A stretch of 64,000 bases of DNA, taken from Dicyema japonicum. Lineage: Eukaryota > Animalia > Dicyemida. Below the pieces are notes generated by a model, which had not been told where the DNA came from, did no database searches, and worked only from the letters and a program-made list of their open reading frames with translations. The DNA is taken from the NCBI GenBank assembly GCA_011109175.1, contig RDEW01000005.1:434001-498000 (forward strand), read 5' to 3'. This document shows positions 1 to 11,193 of the stretch, one piece after another. Positions within the stretch are counted from its first letter, which is position 1, and every line of letters starts with the position of its first letter. A program made the position numbers and the translations under genes.

Positions 1-249
1 GACCCTCTTCTAATGAAAGAACTAACACTTCATCATAACTTTCGGGTTCCCCTCTAGAAAAGTTACCCTTTCCATAGTATCCCAGGTTATATATGTATTT
101 TTCATGCTCCTTATTCTTGACAATGACGAAATATCCCACTAACTCTGCTTGCATCACCTCCACTCAGAAACAATATTTATTTATTTAAAATTAATAATGT
201 CTTATTAATTCATTTAAAAAATCTTTTTGTTCATTTTCAACTTTTTTAA

Positions 250-560
250 CGTAATTCAGTTCAATTTTGAGCCTGAAATCAAAATTATAAAAAAAAAAAA
301 CTTTTCCAGTGTTAGTCTCCGTTCCTCAAGAATGCCAGCAAGCTGTTGAACTTTAAGTTTTTTGGTTTTCTCCAAATTAATTAGCTGATTCTTCTTAGAG
401 TTTACCTAGGAAATGTGGTCACCCTTTACATTTGCCTTAGCTTGACTAATCTCCGCTGAGAGGTTTTCAAATAGTTGGATATATTCGGCCACTGTTGTTT
501 TGAAGTCTTTTACGGCTAAAAGTAATTTATCCTTTAACATTCTGTAAATTCGGAACATTC
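250..560 (-). mobile_element. Possible degraded pogo/Tigger-like transposase N-terminal remnant
   Basis: Broken minus-strand frames loosely resemble the CENP-B-type HTH region; many stops, no TIR found. Confidence 0.25.
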
Positions 561-581
561 ATTTTTTAAATTTTCAGAATT

Positions 582-639
582 TGTAGCCACATGTGGTTCG
601 ACTACACGAATTTGCCCAAATTCATCGAAACTAAGACCA
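582..639 (+). other. Degenerate copy of the LINE 5' structured motif
   Basis: ATGTGGTTC...GACCA, hairpin GAATTT/AAATTC and CGAAA are present, but P3 and the downstream 2A/APE sequence are missing. Confidence 0.3.
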
Positions 640-759
640 GCTTTGGACATTAAGTCTTGTGTGCCTTGCGATATCATTATAAGACTATGGCAACAATTTT
701 TAAATTATAAAATTTAAATATATTTTTTTCATTTTTTTGTAGCTCAAAACAGCATACAA

Positions 760-1410
760 AGAAATTTGGCACTCTCTTATGAGATACAGAAGACATACTA
801 CAAAGAAAATCACTAGCAGGTTTCGTTCTTAAAAGACTAAACAACGTATGGTTACGAGGTAAACAACTTCCTAAAAATCAAATTATACAATATGTTCGTA
901 AAACCGGTTTTACTGTACAACTCTTCTACCTGGGCACTTACAACGCATGAAATGGAAAGTCTGAACTCCTTTCATAGAATGCAGCTCAGATACATTCTAA
1001 GAATTTCCTGGCCAAATCACACCTCAAACAAATACCTCTATTCCCATTACGATATCCACCTATTGGACGAAGAAATAAGAAGTAACAGATGGGGCCTATT
1101 TGGTCACATCTTAAGAAAGAACAGGAATACTCCCGCTAATCTCGCGATGGAACACCACTATGTTCCTCATCTGGGATCGACTTTCCGGGGAAGACAACGT
1201 ATTACTCTACCAACCCTTCTACATCAAGATCTAACTTAGATTGGGAAAGAGTTGACGTCGGCAGATTATTTTGAACACCTGAGGGACCTATCGAGGAACA
1301 GAGGGAACTGGAAGCGGTTAACAAAACGCATCCAGGAGAGGGTGGCACTAGCGAGATAACTTTACTAACGTTCTTTTGCGGTGTGCTTATTAATAATAAT
1401 AAAACAGCAC
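760..1410 (+). mobile_element. RTE-group LINE, 3' fragment
   Basis: ORF 892-1239 (FVKPVLLYNSSTW...WGLFGHILR...RGRQRITLP) matches the C-terminus of the element at 60531-63510; TAA-repeat tail near 1390-1400. Confidence 0.85.
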
Positions 1411-1610
1411 GGGTTTAAAGCAGAGCGTTCAACTTCAACTCATTTAATCGCTCTGGCATCTTTTATCCGCAAAGGATTCACAAACAAACCCAGACATGAA
1501 AATAGTACATTGTTCCGTAGATGTTCACAAAGCGTTTGACTCTGTTCTTAGGAAAAAACAACTTGGAAAATAGTTCAATATGAAATCCATGGAAACCTTA
1601 AACTCTAGTT
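1405..1610 (+). mobile_element. Ingi/Vingi-like LINE RT fragment
   Basis: QHGFKAERSTSTHL...GFTNKPRHE...VDVHKAFDSV, homologous to the RT at 26844-27998. Confidence 0.75.
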
Positions 1611-2586
1611 GGTACGCCGAACTATGCATTTCATATTCGTGTGCTTCCTGTGGCTCGTTTATCTTTTAAAAATATTTCACGAAGATCAAAGTTAGCCGGA
1701 AAAGTGCTTCTAATAGTACGAAACGATGGACTTATGATAGGTCGCCTTTCCAATGCCTCTGAGATCCTTAATACGTAAGAACCGAAGAACGTACCGTTGT
1801 AACTACGAGGATTCAGTTATGAAGAGAATGACTATCTTAAAGATTGTCTTAAGAGCTCTTAGAGACAGCTTTTACCGCCAATTTGGTCGTCAATATTGAC
1901 CTACGCAAGTGACCGTGATCAATGGCCATTTCCCGTTCTTCCATCCACAAGTTGACCGTAATCCAGAGTCATCAACCCTAGTTCCGAGTAAATGACTATT
2001 GAGACATTTATACTTGAATGACAACAAAAATTCGTAAGGTCGGTCAACCTCTCAAGCAGCCACCTCTAAGTCATCCTCATTAAAACTTCAAAAACTACCT
2101 GATATACGAGAGCACTACGAATCCGTATGGGAGCGGTTTAATATGCATGCCCCGATTTCGAATTCCTCATTGTCGGTTTGGGATTACTTAGTTAGATGGC
2201 ACATTCCTTTTAACTGAGTAACTTAGTGATTCGGATGTTATGGCTATTAGAATGCTCCTGGGTTCTAATCCCCCGCTGGCTATTTGCCCGAAGGTCTTCT
2301 TATGCTTTGACCCTTTCTTCCGTCGTTCAATTAGCGCGGATTGACCAGATTCAACCCTTTTTCAATGTTCCATCGTTCAATTAGGATCTCAACTCCTTTT
2401 CAGCGTTTTCAAGTCATTTCCTAGGACAACCATCAGAGTTACTCTTAACCTTCCTCCAGGCAAGCATAATAGCTTTCCAGGCCTATATTTGCTAGGGAAA
2501 TAGGCTTTACTGAAATTAAGCTCAAAAGACTTTGTGGATTAACTAAATGTAATTAGTGACGTTTAGTTGTTAGTTAAGAATTGAAA

Positions 2587-3235
2587 TCATATCCTCCACG
2601 TATTTCTTAATGTTAAATCGAAATAAATATCCTCCTTAATACCGGCGCTCACGGCAAAGTAGTAATTTTCGAATTCTTCAAAGGTGATCTGTCGAATAAT
2701 AAATTACGGACCACTGGATTGTCGTCGTTTGAAAGGCCAAAGTCTTTGAGAAACTGAGAGAGGCACTGTTCTCTAGTCCACTCCCCGTTGATAAACTTTT
2801 TGTTTTTGTCAATATTAAGTATTCGAGACAAATCCTTAACAGTAATAACTCCGTTGTGTTGAGAATCTATTTTTTCGAATATTTTCCGTATCAAAGCTCG
2901 TCTATTCACGTTCATTGGTTCCTACAATTATAGTCACATATGTTTGATAAATCAATGACACATACTTTAAGCAGACTCAACACATTATCAAAATAAACTA
3001 TTTTCGAACAATCTCTGTCAACCAAGTCGAATATAGCCTTAATGTCATTTTCGGGTAAATCGATTCCCTGATTTTTTACTCCTTTTTTGAAATCGCCAAA
3101 GACCAGAGGAATACTTCCATTGCTATCAATTTCTCTGAAAGATCAAAATGAACAAAATTGATACTTTGAAAATGCCTTGAATCCAGTAATTCCTTTATTT
3201 AACAATTGCCGCCGCAGATTTTCAATCGAATTCAT
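2587..3235 (-). CDS. CAPSL: Calcyphosin-like EF-hand protein (4 exons)
   Basis: Spliced translation MNSIENLRRQLLNKG...FEKIDSQHNGVITVKDL...NGEWTREQ...ITFEEFENYYFAVSAGIKEDIYFDLTLRNTWRI*; GT-AG introns of about 30, 44 and 23 nt. Confidence 0.85.
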
Positions 3236-3326
3236 TTTATATTTTATTTATAACATTTTAAATATTTATTTTTTTTATTTTTTAAATAAACATAAAAGTT
3301 TATTTCATCATCAATTCACGTTTATA
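3236..3326. promoter_or_regulatory. Putative bidirectional promoter
   Basis: Only 91 nt of very AT-rich sequence separates the divergent ATGs of the calcyphosin-like and ValRS genes. Confidence 0.65.
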
Positions 3327-6300
3327 ATGCAATCCATTTCAAAAAACGGATCTAAAGTGATTTTTGTAATTATTCAAGAAGTCAGAGTTGGCTACATACG
3401 ATATAAAAACCCCAAAGGGCTCGAAGAAGGGTATTTTTATTTTATATTCAAGACACATCTTGTCCACTTCCGCCTTCTTACTCTCCTAGTTACGTTGAAG
3501 CCTCTTGGTACGACTGGTGGGTGAAGGAAGGTTTCTTCAAGCCAGAATTCAACTTTGATGACTCAAAGGATAAGTTTGTGATTGTGATTCCTCCTCCTAA
3601 TGTAACCGGATCTCTCCACCTGGGACACATGCTTACTGCTTCCATCGAGGATTCAATCGTGAGATGGTAAATCTTTATAATCAATGGAAAGGAATCGAAT
3701 GATTGGAAAACTACTCTTTGGGTCCCTGGATGTGACCACGCTGGCATTGCTACTCAGTCTGTAATTGAACGACGACTTCTCAAGGAAGAAGGGCTCACGA
3801 GGCATGATCTTGGTAGACAGGGCTTCCTTGCTCGTGTGTGGGATTGGAAAAATCAAAAAGGGGATCGTATTTACCAGCAGTACGAACGAGCAGGAATCTC
3901 AGTCGACTGGGACAGGGAGTGTTTCACAATGGGAGAAGTAATTTGGTGGTTAATTACTTTAGAAATCATCAAAGGCTGTTGTTGAGGCGTTTATTCGGTT
4001 ATATGAAATGGGTCTCGTCTACCGCGGAAATAGACTGGTAAATTGGTCCACCGCTTTGGGCTCTGCCATTTCAGACGTTGAGGTGATATTTTGAGTCACA
4101 TTTAGGTTGACAAGATGGAATTAGGAGGGAAAACGAACCTTTCTGTCCCGGGTATGAGAAGAAAGTTCCCTTTGGAGTGATTTACTACTTTAAATACAAA
4201 ATTGAGGACTCTGGTAGATATTATATTCTTAATAATGTAGATGAGTTCCTTATTGTTGCCACAACTAGACCTGAGACTATGCTTGGTGATACTGCCGTGG
4301 CCATCCATCCTGAGGATCCTCGTTATAGCGATTTCGCTGGAAAATACGTTATAAACACTCTTACTTCTCCCCCACGGAGAATTCCGATTATTATGGACTC
4401 TTTTGTTGACCGTGAATTCGGGACTGGGTGTGTTAAAATAACTCCTGGACACGACGAGACCGATTTTCAAGTAGGTCTTAGGCACGATTTACCCATTTTG
4501 ACTGTGATTGACTTGAAGGGGAATATGTGTGGAGATGTGGGAGAATTCAATGTTGAGGATAAGCTTATTCATAGGGAATGAAACGATTCGATGCTCGAAA
4601 AGCTGTTTTAGACACTTTGAAAGCACGGGGACTTTATGTTGAGGAGAAACCTCACTCAATGTCTCTCCACGTTGCAGGTAAATTGGATGATTCATTGTCT
4701 AGTCGCTCTAATGATGTCATTGAACCACTCTTGATGCCTCAGTGGTTTGTTAAATCTGCTGATATGTCTGCCAGAGCAATTCAGGTTGTAAGTGTAATAA
4801 TCGTCACTAGGCTGTGAAGGATGGATCTATTAATATTATACCCGCACAGTTTAAGGAAACGTGGTACCACTGGTTGAGTTCTGGAAGAGATTGGTGTATT
4901 TCGCGTCAGCTGTGGTGGGGACATCAGATCCCTGCTTACCGAGTTGTGATCTCTGGTCAATATCCTGAAACTGATGATAATTCCTGCTGGGTTGTAGGAA
5001 GAACCGAGGAAGATGCACTAAAAAATGCTAAAGCTAAATTCCCCTCAGTGCCTCTTTCTGAAATATCCATTGTCAGAGATGAAGATGTGTTGGACACGTT
5101 GTTCGTTGCCGTGCCGTGTCCCATTCTCTGTGATGGGATGGCCTGAAAATGTAAATTACCGTATTAATTGTACAGACAGATGATATGAGGAAATACTTCC
5201 CGACTTCTCTCTTGGAGACCGGTTCGGATATCTTGTTCTTCTGGGTGGCCAGAATGGTAATGATGAGTCTCACACTTTTGGATGTAGTGCCCTTCACAGA
5301 GGTAATAGTGGTTGTAATTTCAGGTATACTTCCACTCCATAATAAGGGATGCTCAGGGAAGGAAGATGAGTAAGTCCCTTGGGAATGTAATTGACCCTAT
5401 CGATGTGATCACTGGGATCACATTGGAAGTGAGTCTCTGTTCGCTTACATTTAGGAGTTGAACCAGCAATTGCGGAATGGGAATCTCCCAGAAAATGAAA
5501 TGGTTGTGGCATTAGCGGGACAGAAACAAAACTTTCCCAACGGAATCCCCGAATGTGGTACTGATGCTCTCCGTTTTGCCATGTGTGCCTATACACAGCA
5601 AGGGAGTGACATTAATCTCGACATTTCAAGAATTCAGGGTTACAGATTTTTCTGCAATAAAATATGGAATGCTATGAAGCTGTCTCTTTCATTTATTGAC
5701 GACTCTGAAATATCTGAGCATTTGGTTTATAATTATTTACTTACAGAAAGGCTCAAATGGGTAAATTCGATTTTTGGATTCTCGATAGGCTTGCACGTGC
5801 TGTTGCTGACTGTAATAATGGATTCGCCACATACAATTTTTCGAAGGCTACCGACGCCTGCTATCGGTTCTGGTACTACGAATACTGTGATATTTATTTG
5901 GTTGTCCGCGACGTTGTTTAATATGTAGGAGGACATTAAACTCCATATTAAAAATGAAGACTCTCCGCGTCTCCCAGCTATTCGTACTGTTGCCTTTTTC
6001 TGTGTGAGAAATGCTCTTCTTTTATTGGCTCCATTTATGCCTTTCATTGTTGAAGAGTTATTTCAACGTCTCCCACTTCCTCCCAACGCACCACCTAGTT
6101 CCTGTGTTACTCCATATCCTAAGACAGAAGATGTTGATGTTTTGAAATATTTATTAGTTCTCTGTTTGGCTGAACGAAGAAGTGGCTGCTGATATAGGCC
6201 AGGCTGTTGAATTTGTGGGGGCTGCTCGGAGTCTTAAATCCTGTTTCAGTGACATTAAACGTGGAATGGGAAATGGTGGGATGTTATTTCTAAATTTGTT

Positions 6301-6730
6301 AGTGTATGCTATATGTTGTGATAATGGGGAATTCTATGAAGGAATTCGAGATGACATAAAGTCTCTGCTGTCCTGTGAGTCCTTTGAAGTTGTTAGTGCT
6401 TGCCCTGATGGATGTGTGGCACGATTTGTAAAAAACGGATTGAGCGTGGCTTTGTTGGTGAAGGTAATGTAATCTTGTGAGGTTGTAGGGTAAGGTAAAC
6501 ATATCAGATGAGATGGGTAAGCTAGAGAGAAGGCTATCTAAGACAAGGGGATTGCTGACATCTTCAATAAATTCGACACTAGTTAAGAATTATGAGGAAT
6601 GTGTGCCTGAGCATATTAGGGAACAGACACGTCAAAAGGTATTCTATGTTGACTTTTTTAGATCGATGTACTTAAAGAAACAATTGATCAACTATCAGAG
6701 TCTATGAGTCATTTGTCCCTTATTCACTGA
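3327..6730 (+). CDS. VARS1: Valine--tRNA ligase (multi-exon, tiny introns)
   Basis: [13 protein letters not shown] (HIGH motif), [44 protein letters not shown] and ECGTDALRF. Introns include 3357-3378 and 3431-3452 (22 nt) and 3667-3691 (25 nt). About four apparent indels. Confidence 0.98.
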
Positions 6731-7261
6731 TCTGTTCTTTGTTATAATGATTTTTCCTTTCTAATATTTTTATTTTTTAACCCTAAGGTCTTTTGATAGC
6801 ACAAACAATCATCACACGTTCAACCGTCGCAGATATCACTTCAGTTTTTATAATGGTAATATTCAGCAGTGGATTTGGTTAGGACTACCATTAGTTTAAA
6901 ATAACAAAAGTGTTTAGGGGTTGTAAGAAGAATCTCGTGGGTATCATTTGAGAACCCCTGATCTTACTCATGTTGTGAATCCTTCTGTCCATCCAACTGT
7001 TTGTTTTCTGCAAGAAATCCAAAATTTAGTTTTATACTATGCTATCTTTTTTGCGTAAATCCAAAGTGAATAACAAGGAAAGATTGGTCTCCAAGTTTGA
7101 AGAATCGAAAAAAACCTCCCAAAATAGGTTAAAAATGAAAATTTTCGGTGTTTAATCAAGGTGAGACCACGTGAAATCGATCCTCAGGTTAGAATAGGTC
7201 GATAAATTTTTGTTATATTTATTAATATATTTGTTGAATGAAAACAAGACAATCAAAATAA

Positions 7262-7480
7262 TACAGCTGATTTAATGGAATAGCTGTTCTCCTTGACAAC
7301 TGCCAGAGAAATCTTTTGAAACAACCATTCGGTTTTCCGATGCTCGTTGCTGACTTTAGAGATCATAGACCCAAGCGATCTTAGAAAAGAGACCGCCTTG
7401 GACCCGAAGACTCCACTTGTCTTGACAACAATGGGCTAAACATGGAATCTTGTATAGAGACTGTCGTATTTGTTGAATTT
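7262..7480 (-). mobile_element. CRE-like non-LTR retrotransposon, 3' end (REL domain tail)
   Basis: PIVVKTSGVFGSKAVSFLRSLG...WLFQKISLAVVKENSYSI resembles the CRE-type C-terminal SLAxQRGN region. Confidence 0.7.
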
Positions 7481-7484
7481 ATCC

Positions 7485-10064
7485 ATTAACCCAGGGACCA
7501 CCGAGAAAGAAAGACAAAAGAAATGTCGACTAGTTAGGTGATCCCAGTTCCCGCCACCAAACCAAATCCAGTAAATTATAATAATTAACTAGAATTTTAA
7601 TTTAAATTGTTGGTAGGCCAATCTTTATGGTCAAAATAACAATATTTATTAATCCCATACAATTTGCCAATTAGGGAATTGATTTGAGTGAATTTGATAT
7701 CGAAGCTCCATAGGCCCATGAGGCACAAGCATACTCAATCGTCGGTTTTAAAAGTTGATTGAACACGACGAGAGCGCATTCCTGTGACGGTGACTTTACG
7801 AGCGGTTTGATTATATTCAGTTTCCTGAGACCCTTTGTCATAACATTCTTCACATGTTGAGAAAATGTAATCAAAGGGTCAAATATCACTCCCAGGATAG
7901 TTGGACGGATCTGTAGTGGTAAGGAGTCTCCATAAATGTTCAAATCAGTGTATGTTTTTTTTGTCCGTGGTGAAGATTGTATACGTTGATTTATCCTGAA
8001 TATGGAGAGACGATTCAATTTCAACCAGGCTTCCAGGTCGATAATATGTGACTGAAGCTCTGATTTTGCTGTACTTACTTATTTGGTCCTGCAAGCGATG
8101 ATTAAGTCGTCAGCATAAGTGAGAAGCATTTATTCTGGTCATCCAGGGCAGGGTAAATAGTTGAGAAATAAGTTGAATAACGCCGGAGAGATGGGCGATC
8201 TTTGATGGACGCCAATTGGTAGGAGACGAGACCTCTATCTTGCGTGGTCTATACAGACACGTCCTCTTCTTCCAGAGAGAAAATTAGCTATCCATTTTTT
8301 CATAGCCTGCTGAATAGTGGTGTCAAAATCCTTATTTGTGTGTAATGTTCTCGAAACAGAATTGAACACCTTCTGGAAATCCAGGTAAACCATATTGTCC
8401 GTAGATGGCGTTTCGGTTCGTTGAATCTTTCTGATAAATATTGAGACAGTGAAATCAAATATGTCGTAGTTGAACGCTCACATTAGAAACTATGTTGTAA
8501 GTGGCAGTAGGGCAAATTGTGTTTAATTTTCCAGAGTACGAGTTCCTCCGTTAAGCGCGATAATGCGCATGTTAATGTAATTGGACGGTAGGAAAAAAAT
8601 AAGGTTTTTGGTTTTCCTAGTTTTAGGAGGGGTATTATAAGTGAGTTTTCCATTTGCATGGGATGACGTTCATGTTAGAAGACAAATTAATATTTGACGT
8701 AATTGACTGGAACATTACCATGGTGTTTTAGCAAAATTCGCGGAATGCCGTCAGGACCACATGTATAAGATCTCTTCATTGATCTTATAGCCTGTGTGAC
8801 CTCGGCATGCGTAAATAAATTGATCCACGAAGTTGGTTTAGGCAGTAAATTCTGAAGGACAAGAATGGATTTCGAGAAGTCCTTGTGACTTATGGATGCG
8901 TAATATTTCATTAGCTTGCACAGTATTTGGAGCAGAAAAAGATTCAGATTCATCTGATAAGTTTAGCTTGATTCGACGAATAGTTTTCCATAAAAGACTC
9001 GTGGATTTCATATGTCCAATAGATGATAATAGGCGCTTCCACGCCCTATCTTTCTTTTCTCTGATGAGCTTTGTAATTCTCTGATTTAAGCATTTTATAT
9101 TTTCAAATCAGAAAGGTTTGCAGATGATTCATCTTCAGAGAGTTTCTTTGTTTGACGAGGAGACAAGTTTCCGAGTCCAGATTAATTCTACGTGAGTTAT
9201 TGAATCGGCTCAGTTTTAATATAATAGGATTATGATCACTATTACAATGGTAGGAGACGTTCCATGAAATCTTCGGGCAATCCTAGAGGAAGCAATGGAT
9301 ATGTCGGGGAAGGTTGGGTTGTCATTTCCTCAGACTGGTCTCCTTGTGAAGATGTTCGGGTGATTCAGAATCACCATTTTTTCGAGAGTCGATAATTAGA
9401 CTCCCCCTCTTGTCTGCCGACTGGGTACTAAGCCATTGCGGATGTTTGGCGTTGAAATCCCCACATAGTAACACATTTCGAATTTCTTGTAGTTTGTCGA
9501 GCTTCGGAACATAGTTATTAGGACAGGATCCCGGCGGTGGAATGTAAATGCTGATTAGAATAAGATGTTCTGACCCATTAATAAGATTAATAGAAATTTG
9601 TTCCGCAATCTTGTGCTGTAGAATTAAATCATCCAATTGCGAGCTCACATTTTGGAAGGATAAACCGTTTTTAATAATTGTGAGTAAGCCACCACCACGT
9701 CCAATGCGGTCTTTTCTGATAGACATGTATCCAGGAAAAAGTGGGGTTGTACTCTTTGTAGAAAGTTTTGACTCCTGGATAAGGCAGATGTCAATCTTGT
9801 GCTTCGTTAATAAACATCGTAACTCCAGAATCTTTGTTTTTATTCCGTTAGCATTGAGTTACATATAACAAGGGGTTTTGGTCCAGGGTTTCGTTCAATA
9901 TCTCCAGAAAGCTATAGAATCCAGGGGAACAAACAACATCTCGAGTTTCCAGTAGAGCTATACCATCCAAGCATAAAAAGTCTGGATGGGGAAGAGCAAA
10001 TGGTTCTTTTTGGTGTATTACTACAATGAGCGCCACCACAAAAGGTGAACCACATGACGCCACG
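7485..10064 (-). mobile_element. Ingi/Vingi-like LINE, copy 1 (5'-complete, frameshifted)
   Basis: Structured 5' motif, LSGDIERNPGP 2A motif, APE (LLCGDFNAKHPQW), RT (DFQKVF, PIGVHQRSPISP, YADD at ~8110), ORF end GIT* with 3' hairpin. Confidence 0.9.
10000..10061 (-). ncRNA. Candidate HDV-like ribozyme at LINE 5' end
   Basis: P1 GGCGTC/GGCGCT with outer G-U pair, P2 TGGTTC/GAACCA, P3 ACC/GGT, P4 ATTG/TAAT, J4/2 CAAAAA. Confidence 0.6.
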
Positions 10065-10090
10065 TTTCATACTTTTTTATACAATTAGCG

Positions 10091-10149
10091 TGCGTCATGT
10101 GGTTCGCCTCGTCTGGTGGCCTCAGATAAGTGTATCCAAAAAGAACCAT
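10091..10149 (+). ncRNA. Candidate HDV-like ribozyme at LINE 5' end
   Basis: P2 10100-10105/10143-10148, P3 GCC/GGT, P4 GATA/TATC, J4/2 CAAAAA; P1 has one mismatch. Confidence 0.55.
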
Positions 10150-11193
10150 TTTCAACGACCATCAAGAGGAGTTTCCCCTGGACGGCACTTCCTACACATC
10201 CGTGCACTTCCCGGTGGAGACTCGTCATGTCAAAAGATGTTGAAATGAATCCGGGACCAAAAACATTAAAGATACTTAGCCTGAACATTAACAGAGTTAG
10301 AGGTAAAGCATCCGAAGAGTTTATACTTAAAGAGGAATAAAATTGATATCTACAAGAGACCAAGCTTTCTGAGAAATCCACTACTCCTAAATTTACCAGT
10401 TTCAATGTATTGAGAGTCGACCGACAATCGGGCCGAGGTGAAGGACTATTGACCTTCGTCAGGAGAAGCATTATGTTCGATAAACACTCCGCCACATTTA
10501 GGAATCTGATAGAAGACGCAAACACAGAAGTTATTGGGATTTCGGTACAGACTTCTCTCGGAGCTATTATTATCGCCAACATATATGTTCCCCTTCTAGG
10601 TTCCTGTGCAAAAAGATTTTCTTTGGATTTGTCTTGCCTTAGATATGATGGAAAACTTGTTGTGTCCGGAGATTTTAATGACAAGCACTTTTTTTGATAT
10701 GAGAAACAACCTCCAACACAAGAGGATTTCATATTATTTCCCAATTAGAAAATCTGTCCATTATGAACGACCCAATTAGGAATACACGAACCCCGTATAA
10801 TCACAAGATTCGGTTACATTACCGGATATTACGTTATGTTCACCACGGCTTGCTCCACTTATATGCTGGTCTGTAAACTATGACTTACGAAGCGACCATA
10901 TATTCCCATTCTGATCAATCAATTGTACACCAATGACGCAGTCAAACACATCATTTTTATGACTATATTAATGCTGACTGGACAAGATTCAGAAGATGGC
11001 CCTATTGAACTTCCATCCAAATAATTTAAACTCAATTGATAGTCTATCACTTCAATAAGGTGATTCTGGAAAGAAGAAAACTATTTGTCAGAAAAGGAAT
11101 CTTAAAACTCACAAAGAAATATGATACTAGCATAATCCAACTAATAAAAAAGGAATTGTCTCAAACGTAAAAAGCACCTAACAAAACATGATA

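Noticed and set aside
10085-10744. Long antisense ORFs in the track (e.g. 10085-10744 -, 34488-34793 +, 51562-51969 -)
   Set aside because: They are shadows of real genes or LINE ORFs on the opposite strand and have no recognisable motifs.
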